Shown here one piece after another: positions 28,769-36,732 of a stretch of DNA of 64,000 nt (within the stretch, counting starts at the first letter, position 1; each line of letters starts with the position of its first letter). Origin of the DNA: an uncultured Pseudomonadales bacterium (GTDB taxonomy: Bacteria > Patescibacteriota > Microgenomatia > UBA1400 > PJMF01); NCBI GenBank assembly GCA_964556485.1, contig CAZKVV010000005.1, forward strand, positions 16,326 to 80,325. Direction: 5' to 3'. The translations under genes and the position numbers were made by a program. The notes beneath the pieces were generated by a model. It ran no database searches, was not told the origin of the DNA, and saw only the letters and a list, made by a program, of their open reading frames with translations.

Positions 28769-30628
28769 TTACTCTAAGTAAACTCTCCGTATGCCGGCAG
28801 CTGCGGATTGTTCTTTGCTTATGGTCACTGCACCAATTTCTCCAGTATGAGTTACATGAGGTCCGCCACAGAATTCTTTAGATATCCAGTCAGTTTGAGC
28901 ATCTTTTCCGATGGTGTACACCGTAACCATATCTGGGTATTTTTCAACAAAAAATGCAACTGCACCTGATGCTAGCGCCTCTTGCTTTGGTAATGTCTGC
29001 ATGGTTACTGGCAAATCTTGCACGATCCACTCATTTATTTGGGCCTCAACTTGTTGTTTTTCTTGGTCAGTCAGAGGCTTGGTATGAGTAAAATCAAATC
29101 TCAACCGTTCTCCCGTAATATTTGAGCCCTTTTGCCGTACATGGGTACCTACAATTTTTCTGAGAGCTGCATGGAGTAGGTGAGTCGCGGTATGGTACTT
29201 TGTCGTTTGCTCAGAATGATCTGCGAGTCCACCTTTAAACATCGCTCCAGAAGCTTGACGAGATAATGAAGCATGAGCCTGTCTAGCAGTATCAAAGTCT
29301 TCTTGAGAAATTTGTTGACCACGCTCCGCGGCAATTTCAGCAGTAATCTCAAAAGGAAATCCATAGGTTTCGTAGACCTTAAATGCAACTGTTCCATCAA
29401 TCACTGCAACTTTTTCAAGTTCTGACAATCCTTTAGCTAATGCCTTTTGAAATTTTCCTTCCTCTGCCATAAAAACAGTCTTAATTGTCTCGAACTCTTT
29501 TTGCACTTCAGGATATGCATCTGCATAGAGTGTTCGAACTGCTTCTGCAACAGAAACAATGAATGGGCTCGATATGCCGATCAATTTTCCAAACCGTATT
29601 GCTCGACGAACCAACCTACGTGCAAAATAGCCTTGTGCTTTATTAGAAGGGTACACGCCGTCTGCAGCCAACAAGGTCGCAGCACGTACATGATCGGCAA
29701 TGACTCTAAAGGATCTATTGTCTTCTTCAGAAAAACCGTACTTTTTGCCTGATACACCTTCAATTACTTGCATTATTGGAGTAAATATGTCGGTAGCAAA
29801 TACATCTTGCTTACCCTGGCTTACAGCATAAATACGTTCAAATCCGCCACCAAAATCAACATTTTTTTGCGCTAACTCTGTAAAACTACCATCTACTTGC
29901 TTCTGGTACTGCATAAAAACCGAATTACCAATCTCTAAGAATCTACCGCAATCACAGTTCACGTGACAAGGTTCTTCACTAAACCGACTGGTCTCGTGTA
30001 AATGCAACTCTGCCCCAAAATCATAAAAAATCTCACTGTCTGGACCACCTGGTTCACCTGCAGGCATGTTATCTGGAACTCCTGCGCGAGACCACCAGTT
30101 TTTCTTCTCACCATAGTAAAAAATGCGCGACAATCCTAAACCATTTTTCTCAGGCTCCCTTTCTGCCGTAGCATCTATCCCCACTGTCTTAAAAATGTCT
30201 TGCCAAATCTGGACAGATTCATCATCAGGACCAATACCTAGTTTGTCATTACCAGCAAAAACAGTCACAAATATCTTAGCAGGTGCAAGTCCAACTTGCT
30301 TTGTGAGGAACTCGAAAAACCAGCTCAGCTGTTCTTTTTTGAAATAATCACCTAGGGACCAATTCCCCAGCATCTCAAAAAAAGTGATATGTCTGTTATC
30401 GCCAACTTCTTCAATATCCTGTGACCGAAAACATTTTTGGCTATCTACAATCCGCGCGCCTTTTGGATGTTTTTCCCCAAGTAAATACGGCACCATAGGT
30501 TGCATACCAGATCCAGTAAACAAGGTGGTTGGATCATTATCAGGCACAAGCGGCGCTGAAGGGATGATGGCGTGACCATTTTGTTCGAAAAATCGAAGAT
30601 ATTTTTGTCTTAATTCTGTAGGATTCAT
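28769..30628 (-). CDS. alaS: Alanine-tRNA ligase (short form, no C-Ala domain)
   Basis: DPTTLFTGSGM, FEMLGNWS, editing motifs HTATH and CGGPH; ATG at 30628. Confidence 0.97.
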   Translation of the reverse strand: MNPTELRQKYLRFFEQNGHAIIPSAPLVPDNDPTTLFTGSGMQPMVPYLLGEKHPKGARIVDSQKCFRSQDIEEVGDNRHITFFEMLGNWSLGDYFKKEQLSWFFEFLTKQVGLAPAKIFVTVFAGNDKLGIGPDDESVQIWQDIFKTVGIDATAEREPEKNGLGLSRIFYYGEKKNWWSRAGVPDNMPAGEPGGPDSEIFYDFGAELHLHETSRFSEEPCHVNCDCGRFLEIGNSVFMQYQKQVDGSFTELAQKNVDFGGGFERIYAVSQGKQDVFATDIFTPIMQVIEGVSGKKYGFSEEDNRSFRVIADHVRAATLLAADGVYPSNKAQGYFARRLVRRAIRFGKLIGISSPFIVSVAEAVRTLYADAYPEVQKEFETIKTVFMAEEGKFQKALAKGLSELEKVAVIDGTVAFKVYETYGFPFEITAEIAAERGQQISQEDFDTARQAHASLSRQASGAMFKGGLADHSEQTTKYHTATHLLHAALRKIVGTHVRQKGSNITGERLRFDFTHTKPLTDQEKQQVEAQINEWIVQDLPVTMQTLPKQEALASGAVAFFVEKYPDMVTVYTIGKDAQTDWISKEFCGGPHVTHTGEIGAVTISKEQSAAAGIRRVYLE

Positions 30629-30653
30629 GGTTCCCCACTTTCTTTTTTGGCAC

Positions 30654-30922
30654 AAAAAAACTCGTCTGCGCCGCATAGTATTACTAGTTACTACCGGCAA
30701 GGACGAGTATATCGTGGTACCACCTTGCTTTATTTAGCGAAATATTCACTAAAACTTGTTATTTCACTTTTACGGCGAATTCCCGGATTCTCTTAGGCGT
30801 AGCGTTCGAGAATCAGCTCATGGGTGGCCAAATGTGTTTGTATTACTCGTTTTCAGCTACCCGAGCTCTCTTATTAATACAATGCTGTTTAGTACAGCCA
30901 CATTATCTCCCAATCGCAGCTT
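30654..30922 (-). ncRNA. T-box riboswitch, Ala specifier (GCC), with terminator
   Basis: Stem I with AGAGA and GCTGAA distal motifs, GCC specifier at 30826-30828, T-box AAGGTGGTACCACG at 30713-30726, CTCGTC/GACGAG-U7 terminator at 30654-30707. Confidence 0.92.
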
Positions 30923-30940
30923 TTATTGACTTGTAAACCT

Positions 30941-30989
30941 ATTATACAAAATAACTCGTTTGAAAACAACTTTTTCTCTATGCTATAGT
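30941..30989. promoter_or_regulatory. Divergent promoters for the alaS leader and the 30998 gene
   Basis: Minus: TTGTTT-17-TATAAT. Plus: TTGAAA-18-TATAGT with extended TG. Confidence 0.6.
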
Positions 30990-30997
30990 TTACTCAC

Positions 30998-31624
30998 ATG
31001 CAAGAAAATGTCGCACAAGCTGAAACCAACACCACTGCACCAAGCTCTCAAAAATCGGGTCGTCCACTCGTGCTAGCTATCGGTGCTGTTGCCGTGTTAG
31101 CACTCTGTTCTGCGGGAGGGTATGCTATATATCAGTATTTTTCCAGTCTAAGTCCCATCGTAATGCTCGAGTCAGCAACTTCATATGAAGAATGTATGCG
31201 GCTTGAAAAAAGTATCGTTACTGTAGGCAAACCAAGCACCTGTACCACAGAAAGTGGCGATATATATGAAGAATACATTCCACCAACAGTAATAGTGGAA
31301 ACTTCTGCAAATGGCATTGAATCATTTGAGACAACTAACACAGAAGTTCCCAATCCACAGCTTGCAAAAGTAAAAGAGTACTCACTAGATGTTCAAACCT
31401 GCGTAGTTGGAACAACGCTTAGCTCAGAACTAACTACTTCAAAATCTACAGAAACCATCGCAATTTTGTCAAACAATGACATCGATTGCGTGATTGCGTA
31501 TAAAAGGACAAATGAAGTTGATCAATCTGTCTGTACTGTCCCTAAAAATGTTGAAAAACTCACCTTCACAACTACACCGTTTGGTGGCTTTCATATTGCT
31601 CCTCTCAGTGCCTACTGCAAATAA
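30998..31624 (+). CDS. Membrane-anchored Cys-containing hypothetical protein
   Basis: N-terminal TM; SYEEC...PSTC.T.SG..YEE module. Confidence 0.7.
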   Translation: MQENVAQAETNTTAPSSQKSGRPLVLAIGAVAVLALCSAGGYAIYQYFSSLSPIVMLESATSYEECMRLEKSIVTVGKPSTCTTESGDIYEEYIPPTVIVETSANGIESFETTNTEVPNPQLAKVKEYSLDVQTCVVGTTLSSELTTSKSTETIAILSNNDIDCVIAYKRTNEVDQSVCTVPKNVEKLTFTTTPFGGFHIAPLSAYCK

Positions 31625-31626
31625 GA

Positions 31627-31986
31627 TCAAGAGCCTTTAAATCTTTTCTGAGGTTTTTTTGACTGTTTCTGTCTTAGCAGCATTGATTGGTTCTTCTGCT
31701 TTTTCTCACTGTCTTTTTGGATGATTTCTTCAGGTTCGTCAGCAAGCATACTTGCCATACTCGTTGCCATGTGCGCAAAGATCTCAACTGCAGTCATGTT
31801 GCTACTTGGTATGAGTCCTTCAACAAACAGCGCCTCTTTGATTGTTTCAAACTCTTCAGAGAAATTTTTTTTAAGTTCTTCGCCATCTTTTGACTGCAAA
31901 AAATGAGCAAATCCCACTCCAGCAACAGCACCTAATCCAAAACCTGTAGCAAATGATCCCCCAACGTCCTGACTATTTTTTTCCAT
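31627..31986 (-). CDS. YtxH-like protein
   Basis: F..GFGLGAVAG...L....GEELKK pattern; follows DUF948-like gene. Confidence 0.6.
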   Translation of the reverse strand: MEKNSQDVGGSFATGFGLGAVAGVGFAHFLQSKDGEELKKNFSEEFETIKEALFVEGLIPSSNMTAVEIFAHMATSMASMLADEPEEIIQKDSEKKQKNQSMLLRQKQSKKPQKRFKGS

Positions 31987-32245
31987 GCTTTCCTTGTTGC
32001 ATAGAACTGACAAATACTTCAAGAAATTTAGCCCCTGTCTTAAAAGCGGATGTTGCAGATGCAATAGATTGCAATGGTGACACAATGCTTTCAACTTTTA
32101 ATTCGACTGTATCGATAGTGGAGTTAATTTTTTTCAGCATTGTTCGTAGTTCAGAAAGTGTCAAAAATACCTGGACTCCCACAACTGTTAAAACGATAGT
32201 TAATATGCCTAAAACAATACTAAAAACGATTGGTACTACATCCAT
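31973..32245 (-). CDS. DUF948/YtxG-like membrane protein
   Basis: N-terminal TM then coiled coil; AAGGAG RBS. Confidence 0.6.
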   Translation of the reverse strand: MDVVPIVFSIVLGILTIVLTVVGVQVFLTLSELRTMLKKINSTIDTVELKVESIVSPLQSIASATSAFKTGAKFLEVFVSSMQQGKHGKK

Positions 32246-32343
32246 GGGACTCCTTTTGGTAGCTCTTATCAAACTGCTGCCTACTAGTTATCATACTGCA
32301 TGTCATATCAGATTGCCAACCAACACGACATTTACTATCAACA

Positions 32344-32988
32344 TTAATAGCGCACATATACAGTCCGCTTCTCTGTACTGGTCTTACCTTTTCTATCAGT
32401 AGCATCAATCACGATTGAAGCAATACCCTCTGCAGAAAAAAATAATTCCGTAGAAAACGCGCCATCTGACTGCAAGGTCACCGGTTGCTCATTTACCATC
32501 ACAATGGCATCAGGTTCTGTTGTTCCAGCGACAACCACTTTTGAAGCAACTTGTGTTTGATTTTCAGGTTCAAAAATTTCCAGTGAAGGTGGTCTCGTTA
32601 ATGCGAACCACTGAACACCCACATATCCGAGCAAGCCAACAAAAATACCCACCAAAGCAACAAAAACGACAGTAACAGAACTAAACTGCAAACGAGGTCT
32701 AAGCACTGGAGTAATAAATTCTCGAGGAACTAGAACACCTTTTGCGCTTTCTTTATAATCACGGCGCAAGAGTGCAATTAGCGGCTGATAGTCAAAACCA
32801 AATATTTTGCCATAGGTTTTGATAAATCCTTTGACAAAAGTTGCTGAAGGAAGCAATGCAAAGTTATTTTCTTCAAGTGCGGTCAAATACTCAGCACGAA
32901 TGCGAGTTTTTTTAGCCAAGTCTTCAATGCGGTACCGACGGCTGACCCGCTCATCTCTGAGCATTTCTCCAACAGTGCGTGTTTTCAT
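32344..32988 (-). CDS. RodZ-like HTH membrane protein
   Basis: VGEMLRDER..TRIRAEYLTALEE..LP..F.KGFIKTY, TM, Ig-like C-terminus. Confidence 0.85.
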   Translation of the reverse strand: MKTRTVGEMLRDERVSRRYRIEDLAKKTRIRAEYLTALEENNFALLPSATFVKGFIKTYGKIFGFDYQPLIALLRRDYKESAKGVLVPREFITPVLRPRLQFSSVTVVFVALVGIFVGLLGYVGVQWFALTRPPSLEIFEPENQTQVASKVVVAGTTEPDAIVMVNEQPVTLQSDGAFSTELFFSAEGIASIVIDATDRKGKTSTEKRTVYVRY

Positions 32989-33004
32989 GTAAGTGTTGAA
33001 CTGA

Positions 33005-33436
33005 CTACTGAAGTGCAGCTTTTACCACACTTGAGATACGAGATCCATCTGCTTGACCAGCAGCCTTAGCTACCACCTGACCAATGATTTTGCCCATATT
33101 TTTGTCTTCTGAAGAAGCAACGACTTCTGCAACTAAGGCTTCAAGGGCTTCGTCACTCATTTGTTTTGGTAAATATTCTTCAAGAATAGCCATTTTTTGC
33201 ATTTCTTCTGCAACGACATCATCTTTGCCAGCTTTTTTGTACTCTTCAAGAGTTTCTTTCATTTGCTTTACTTGTCTGGCAATTAATTTGTGAATTTGCT
33301 CTTCTGATTGCTCGCCTTCATCAATTTCTACATTTTTAATTTCGGATAGCAAGAAACGAAGGGTGTTAAGTCGAACACTATCTCTTGCCTTCATGGCATC
33401 TTTAATTGACTGCATCAATGTGACTTTGAAATCCAT
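33005..33436 (-). CDS. GatB/YqeY domain protein
   Basis: KDAMKARD..LR..EIKN, YLPKQMS and MGKIIG..ADG motifs. Confidence 0.92.
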   Translation of the reverse strand: MDFKVTLMQSIKDAMKARDSVRLNTLRFLLSEIKNVEIDEGEQSEEQIHKLIARQVKQMKETLEEYKKAGKDDVVAEEMQKMAILEEYLPKQMSDEALEALVAEVVASSEDKNMGKIIGQVVAKAAGQADGSRISSVVKAALQ

Positions 33437-33516
33437 AGTAGTACTCCTGCTAGCTGGTACGTAAACAATAGCTGCATTGTAACACGTTTCTGTCTTATAT
33501 TTGTTACAATAGCAAC

Positions 33517-34266
33517 GTGATACAACGAGATTTAACCCCTTACGAAGCAACTCAATTAGCACGACATAGCATGTCTGCAGAGATGGTTGTAGATCCATAC
33601 AAACCCATTGAGTACTATACTGGAGTCGTTGACTTCTTAGGCCTAGAGTTAAGTGTCACCCCAGATGTACTAATCCCCAGAATTGAAACTGAAGAGCTCG
33701 TAGAAAAGGTGCTCAGCATCATTGTAAAACAGCAGAAAAAAACACCACTGACGATTGCTGATGTTGGTACCGGTAGTGGTGCAATAGCAGTGACCCTCAG
33801 TTGGTTGCTTTCAGAAAAAGACATCACACACCGTATTACTGCTACCGATATTTCACCTGCTGCTCTGGCAGTTGCTCAAAAAAATGCTGCAAGTATCCTG
33901 GAAAACTCCCCAGCTATCATTTCATTTAGCCAAGAACATTTGCTATCACAAGAAACAAACCCATTTGATTACATCGTTGCTAACCTTCCGTACATTCCAT
34001 CAACAAGAATTGCTACATTACCCAAAAGCGTTATTGACTACGAACCGCATATGGCTCTCGATGGCGGCCCAGATGGCATGGCTTTAATCACAGAACTTAT
34101 TAATCAAGCTACACAGCTCTTGGTTTCAGATGGTACACTCTTCTTGGAGGTGGATGACACTCACACATCGCAGCTTTGGGAAACCCATCGTCAAAACTGG
34201 AATGTTGAAATCCTCACTGATATCTTTGGTAAAAATCGTTTTGCGCTACTAACAAAAAAACTATGA
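33517..34266 (+). CDS. prmC: Release factor glutamine methyltransferase PrmC/HemK (short N-terminus)
   Basis: VLIPRIETE, DVGTGSG, NLPY and EPHMALDGG motifs. Confidence 0.88.
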   Translation: MIQRDLTPYEATQLARHSMSAEMVVDPYKPIEYYTGVVDFLGLELSVTPDVLIPRIETEELVEKVLSIIVKQQKKTPLTIADVGTGSGAIAVTLSWLLSEKDITHRITATDISPAALAVAQKNAASILENSPAIISFSQEHLLSQETNPFDYIVANLPYIPSTRIATLPKSVIDYEPHMALDGGPDGMALITELINQATQLLVSDGTLFLEVDDTHTSQLWETHRQNWNVEILTDIFGKNRFALLTKKL

Positions 34267-35324
34267 CAGCAACTCAAATACCCACAACAATCATTACTGG
34301 ATTTCTAGGTGCCGGCAAAACAACTATCATCACTAATCTTATAGATGAGTTACAACAATCCGGAGTAAAAGTTGCATATATCAAGAATGAAATTGGCGCA
34401 GTCGATATTGATACCAAGATATTCAAAGGAAAAGACATTAAAACAACAGAATTGCTTAACGGGTGTATCTGCTGCACTTTGGTTGGCCCTTTTGCCTCAG
34501 CAGTTGATGAACTGGTGGCAACTTTTTCACCTACACGTATTATTATTGAGGCTTCTGGAGCAGCAGACCCAGCTGCATTAGCACTGATGGTTTCTAGTCA
34601 TCCAAAACTGTTTCGAGATGGCGTAATCAGCATCATTGACGTGACACAGTTTGAAGGTTTCCTTGATTTAAGCATCACAGCTCAAAGACAGACGCAATTT
34701 ACAGATTTGATTATTTTTAACAAAGTTGAACAAGCAGATTTAGAGCGTAAAAAAATCGTTGTGGGATATGTTCGAGAACTCAACGCACATTCACCTATTA
34801 TTGAGGCAGTTGGAGGTAAAGTTTCTAGCAAATTGTTGTTTGGATTAAGTCCAACAACCGTTGATGCACTTCTCACTGAACTTAATAAACTAGAAGATGA
34901 AACAATACATGATCATGTGCATGAAGATGAGTTTGAAAGTTTCAGTATCAGTACCGAAAAGAGCTATAGTCCAGAAACAATTCTACAATTCTTTCAAGAA
35001 ATACCCAAAAATATCTTTAGAACTAAAGGTCTCTTTAAAACTGCCGACTCGAAGTGGTTTATTCAAAATGGCGTGGGAGGAAAAGTAACAACTGATCCAA
35101 TTGATCAAGAACTAACTGAAACAAAATCAACCTTTGTGTTTATTGGTAAACACTGTGAAGATCAAAAAGCAACTATTCAGAAAAGTTTGTTAGAAATTGC
35201 ATTGTTACTACTTATATCCATTTCTATTGCCGGCTGTACACAGAAAAAATATGAACCACTCATTGGTCGTTCCCAAACAGACGACCCAAATGTGCACATC
35301 ATTGATGATGCTACTAACAACTAA
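34263..35324 (+). CDS. COG0523/CobW family metallochaperone GTPase
   Basis: TGFLGAGKTT, NEIG, GCICC, EASG, NKVE and His-rich linker. Confidence 0.92.
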   Translation: MTATQIPTTIITGFLGAGKTTIITNLIDELQQSGVKVAYIKNEIGAVDIDTKIFKGKDIKTTELLNGCICCTLVGPFASAVDELVATFSPTRIIIEASGAADPAALALMVSSHPKLFRDGVISIIDVTQFEGFLDLSITAQRQTQFTDLIIFNKVEQADLERKKIVVGYVRELNAHSPIIEAVGGKVSSKLLFGLSPTTVDALLTELNKLEDETIHDHVHEDEFESFSISTEKSYSPETILQFFQEIPKNIFRTKGLFKTADSKWFIQNGVGGKVTTDPIDQELTETKSTFVFIGKHCEDQKATIQKSLLEIALLLLISISIAGCTQKKYEPLIGRSQTDDPNVHIIDDATNN

Positions 35325-35328
35325 TCCC

Positions 35329-36093
35329 CTACTCGTTCGAACTTTGATTGTGATACCGACAGAGCTCTGGAGGGAGCCGACGAACACCAACGAAATTTGC
35401 TTGCTCTTCAACAATGTGAGCAATGCTTCCCGCAGCCTTAGCTACTGCAAATAAAGCATTTCCAACTGCTGGTGGTAATTTCAGGGTTAGCAGCAGTGCC
35501 GCCATAGCTCCATCAATATTCAGCACTCTCAGAGTGCCCGTCTGCTCCTCAAGTATGAGTTCAACTTGCTTTGCAATATTAAGATACTCAATGTCGATCT
35601 CTTCATTTCGCGCTACTGCAAACATCTGGCGTGCTCGTGGATCACTTTTTGTATATACCGCATGACCAAAACCTGGCACACGCTCCCCAGCTGCTAACTT
35701 TTTTAGTATCGTTTCTCTTGCAGCTTTTTCTACGTCATCTTGGCTTGAAATAGCCACAAACAGTTCCATGGCGGCTGACACCGCACCTCCATGCATCGGA
35801 CCTAAAGTAAGTAGTCCTGCAGCTATTGCAGTAGTCGGCTCAACCCCTGACGAAGCGGCAACTCTTGGGACAAAACCACTGGCAGGACTCAAACCCTGAT
35901 CAAGGGCAGCAGTAAGCACTGCATTAAAAATGCACAACTCAGATTGGCTTGCGCGCCTACCCGACAATGACAAAAAAAAGGCACTACAAAAATTTGCTTC
36001 AGAAATGAGTGTGGAAATTGTTGCACCGCGTATGACAATTTCACCATCCGCAACTCCACTTACATTTGTATCAAAAGTGAGATCTCCAGCCAT
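35329..36093 (-). CDS. Citryl-CoA lyase / citrate synthase-fold protein
   Basis: HGGA, VPGFGH..Y...DPR and NIDG motifs; 254 aa. Confidence 0.85.
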   Translation of the reverse strand: MAGDLTFDTNVSGVADGEIVIRGATISTLISEANFCSAFFLSLSGRRASQSELCIFNAVLTAALDQGLSPASGFVPRVAASSGVEPTTAIAAGLLTLGPMHGGAVSAAMELFVAISSQDDVEKAARETILKKLAAGERVPGFGHAVYTKSDPRARQMFAVARNEEIDIEYLNIAKQVELILEEQTGTLRVLNIDGAMAALLLTLKLPPAVGNALFAVAKAAGSIAHIVEEQANFVGVRRLPPELCRYHNQSSNE

Positions 36094-36121
36094 ACAGACA
36101 TAGTATCACAACCAACAGCAA

Positions 36122-36280
36122 TTATTCTGCATCGTGGTCTGAATTAGAACTTTGTGAAGCCATCGGTCTTAAATTTTCGGTGGCAAAATAGTGATACTTC
36201 CTTAACAAGTTGAAGTACTGTCGCTCCTCTGGAGTGTTTGCAAAGTATTGAAATAACTTAGGGTGTAAAACTTGAATCAT
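36122..36280 (-). CDS. Small hypothetical protein (52 aa, below ORF track cutoff)
   Basis: ATG..TAA ORF MIQVLHPKLFQYFANTPEERQYFNLLRKYHYF...; TTGTGA-17-TAGAAT promoter directly upstream. Confidence 0.5.
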   Translation of the reverse strand: MIQVLHPKLFQYFANTPEERQYFNLLRKYHYFATENLRPMASQSSNSDHDAE

Positions 36281-36345
36281 ACTACTTGTGATTCTACAGT
36301 TACTTGAGCATTTTCACAAAGTGTAGCGGATGTGTACAGAAGAAA

Positions 36346-36690
36346 TTACTCGAGCTGATGTTGCAATTCTGATAATTTTTGCAACAAGTGTTTTGCTTGC
36401 TCAGACTCAAAAACAGTATTAATAACCGGAATGTAATTAACAGTCTTAAGTGTCTCAAGAGTTAGACTAACCACTATCCAAGCAACCAGAGTACCACCAA
36501 TAACCACACTAAATCCTTGCAACATGCCATTCATAAGTCTGTTTTTGAATGAAGTCAGCTTTACCATTTCTTTAGTTAGCTTTGCTACCTCGAGGCGCAA
36601 CAATACTAACTCACTCAACTCCTGTTCTTCTATTTCAACTAATAACGGAGTAGTTTCAGACATTGCTGATTGGGTACTTTTTTCGCTCAT
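36346..36690 (-). CDS. Small membrane protein (DUF5665-like)
   Basis: RLMNGMLQGFSVVIGGTLV hydrophobic segment. Confidence 0.6.
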   Translation of the reverse strand: MSEKSTQSAMSETTPLLVEIEEQELSELVLLRLEVAKLTKEMVKLTSFKNRLMNGMLQGFSVVIGGTLVAWIVVSLTLETLKTVNYIPVINTVFESEQAKHLLQKLSELQHQLE

Positions 36691-36732
36691 AGCTTCAGTA
36701 TACGTTGTATCGATAACTAAATCAGCAACCAG

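Noticed and set aside
30629-30700. Apparent N-terminal extension of AlaRS (MPVVTSNTMRRRR...)
   Set aside because: It is the T-box terminator hairpin read in frame
33437-33598. Long N-terminus of the YqeY ORF overlapping prmC
   Set aside because: ATG 33436 has an AGGAG RBS and marks the start of YqeY homology
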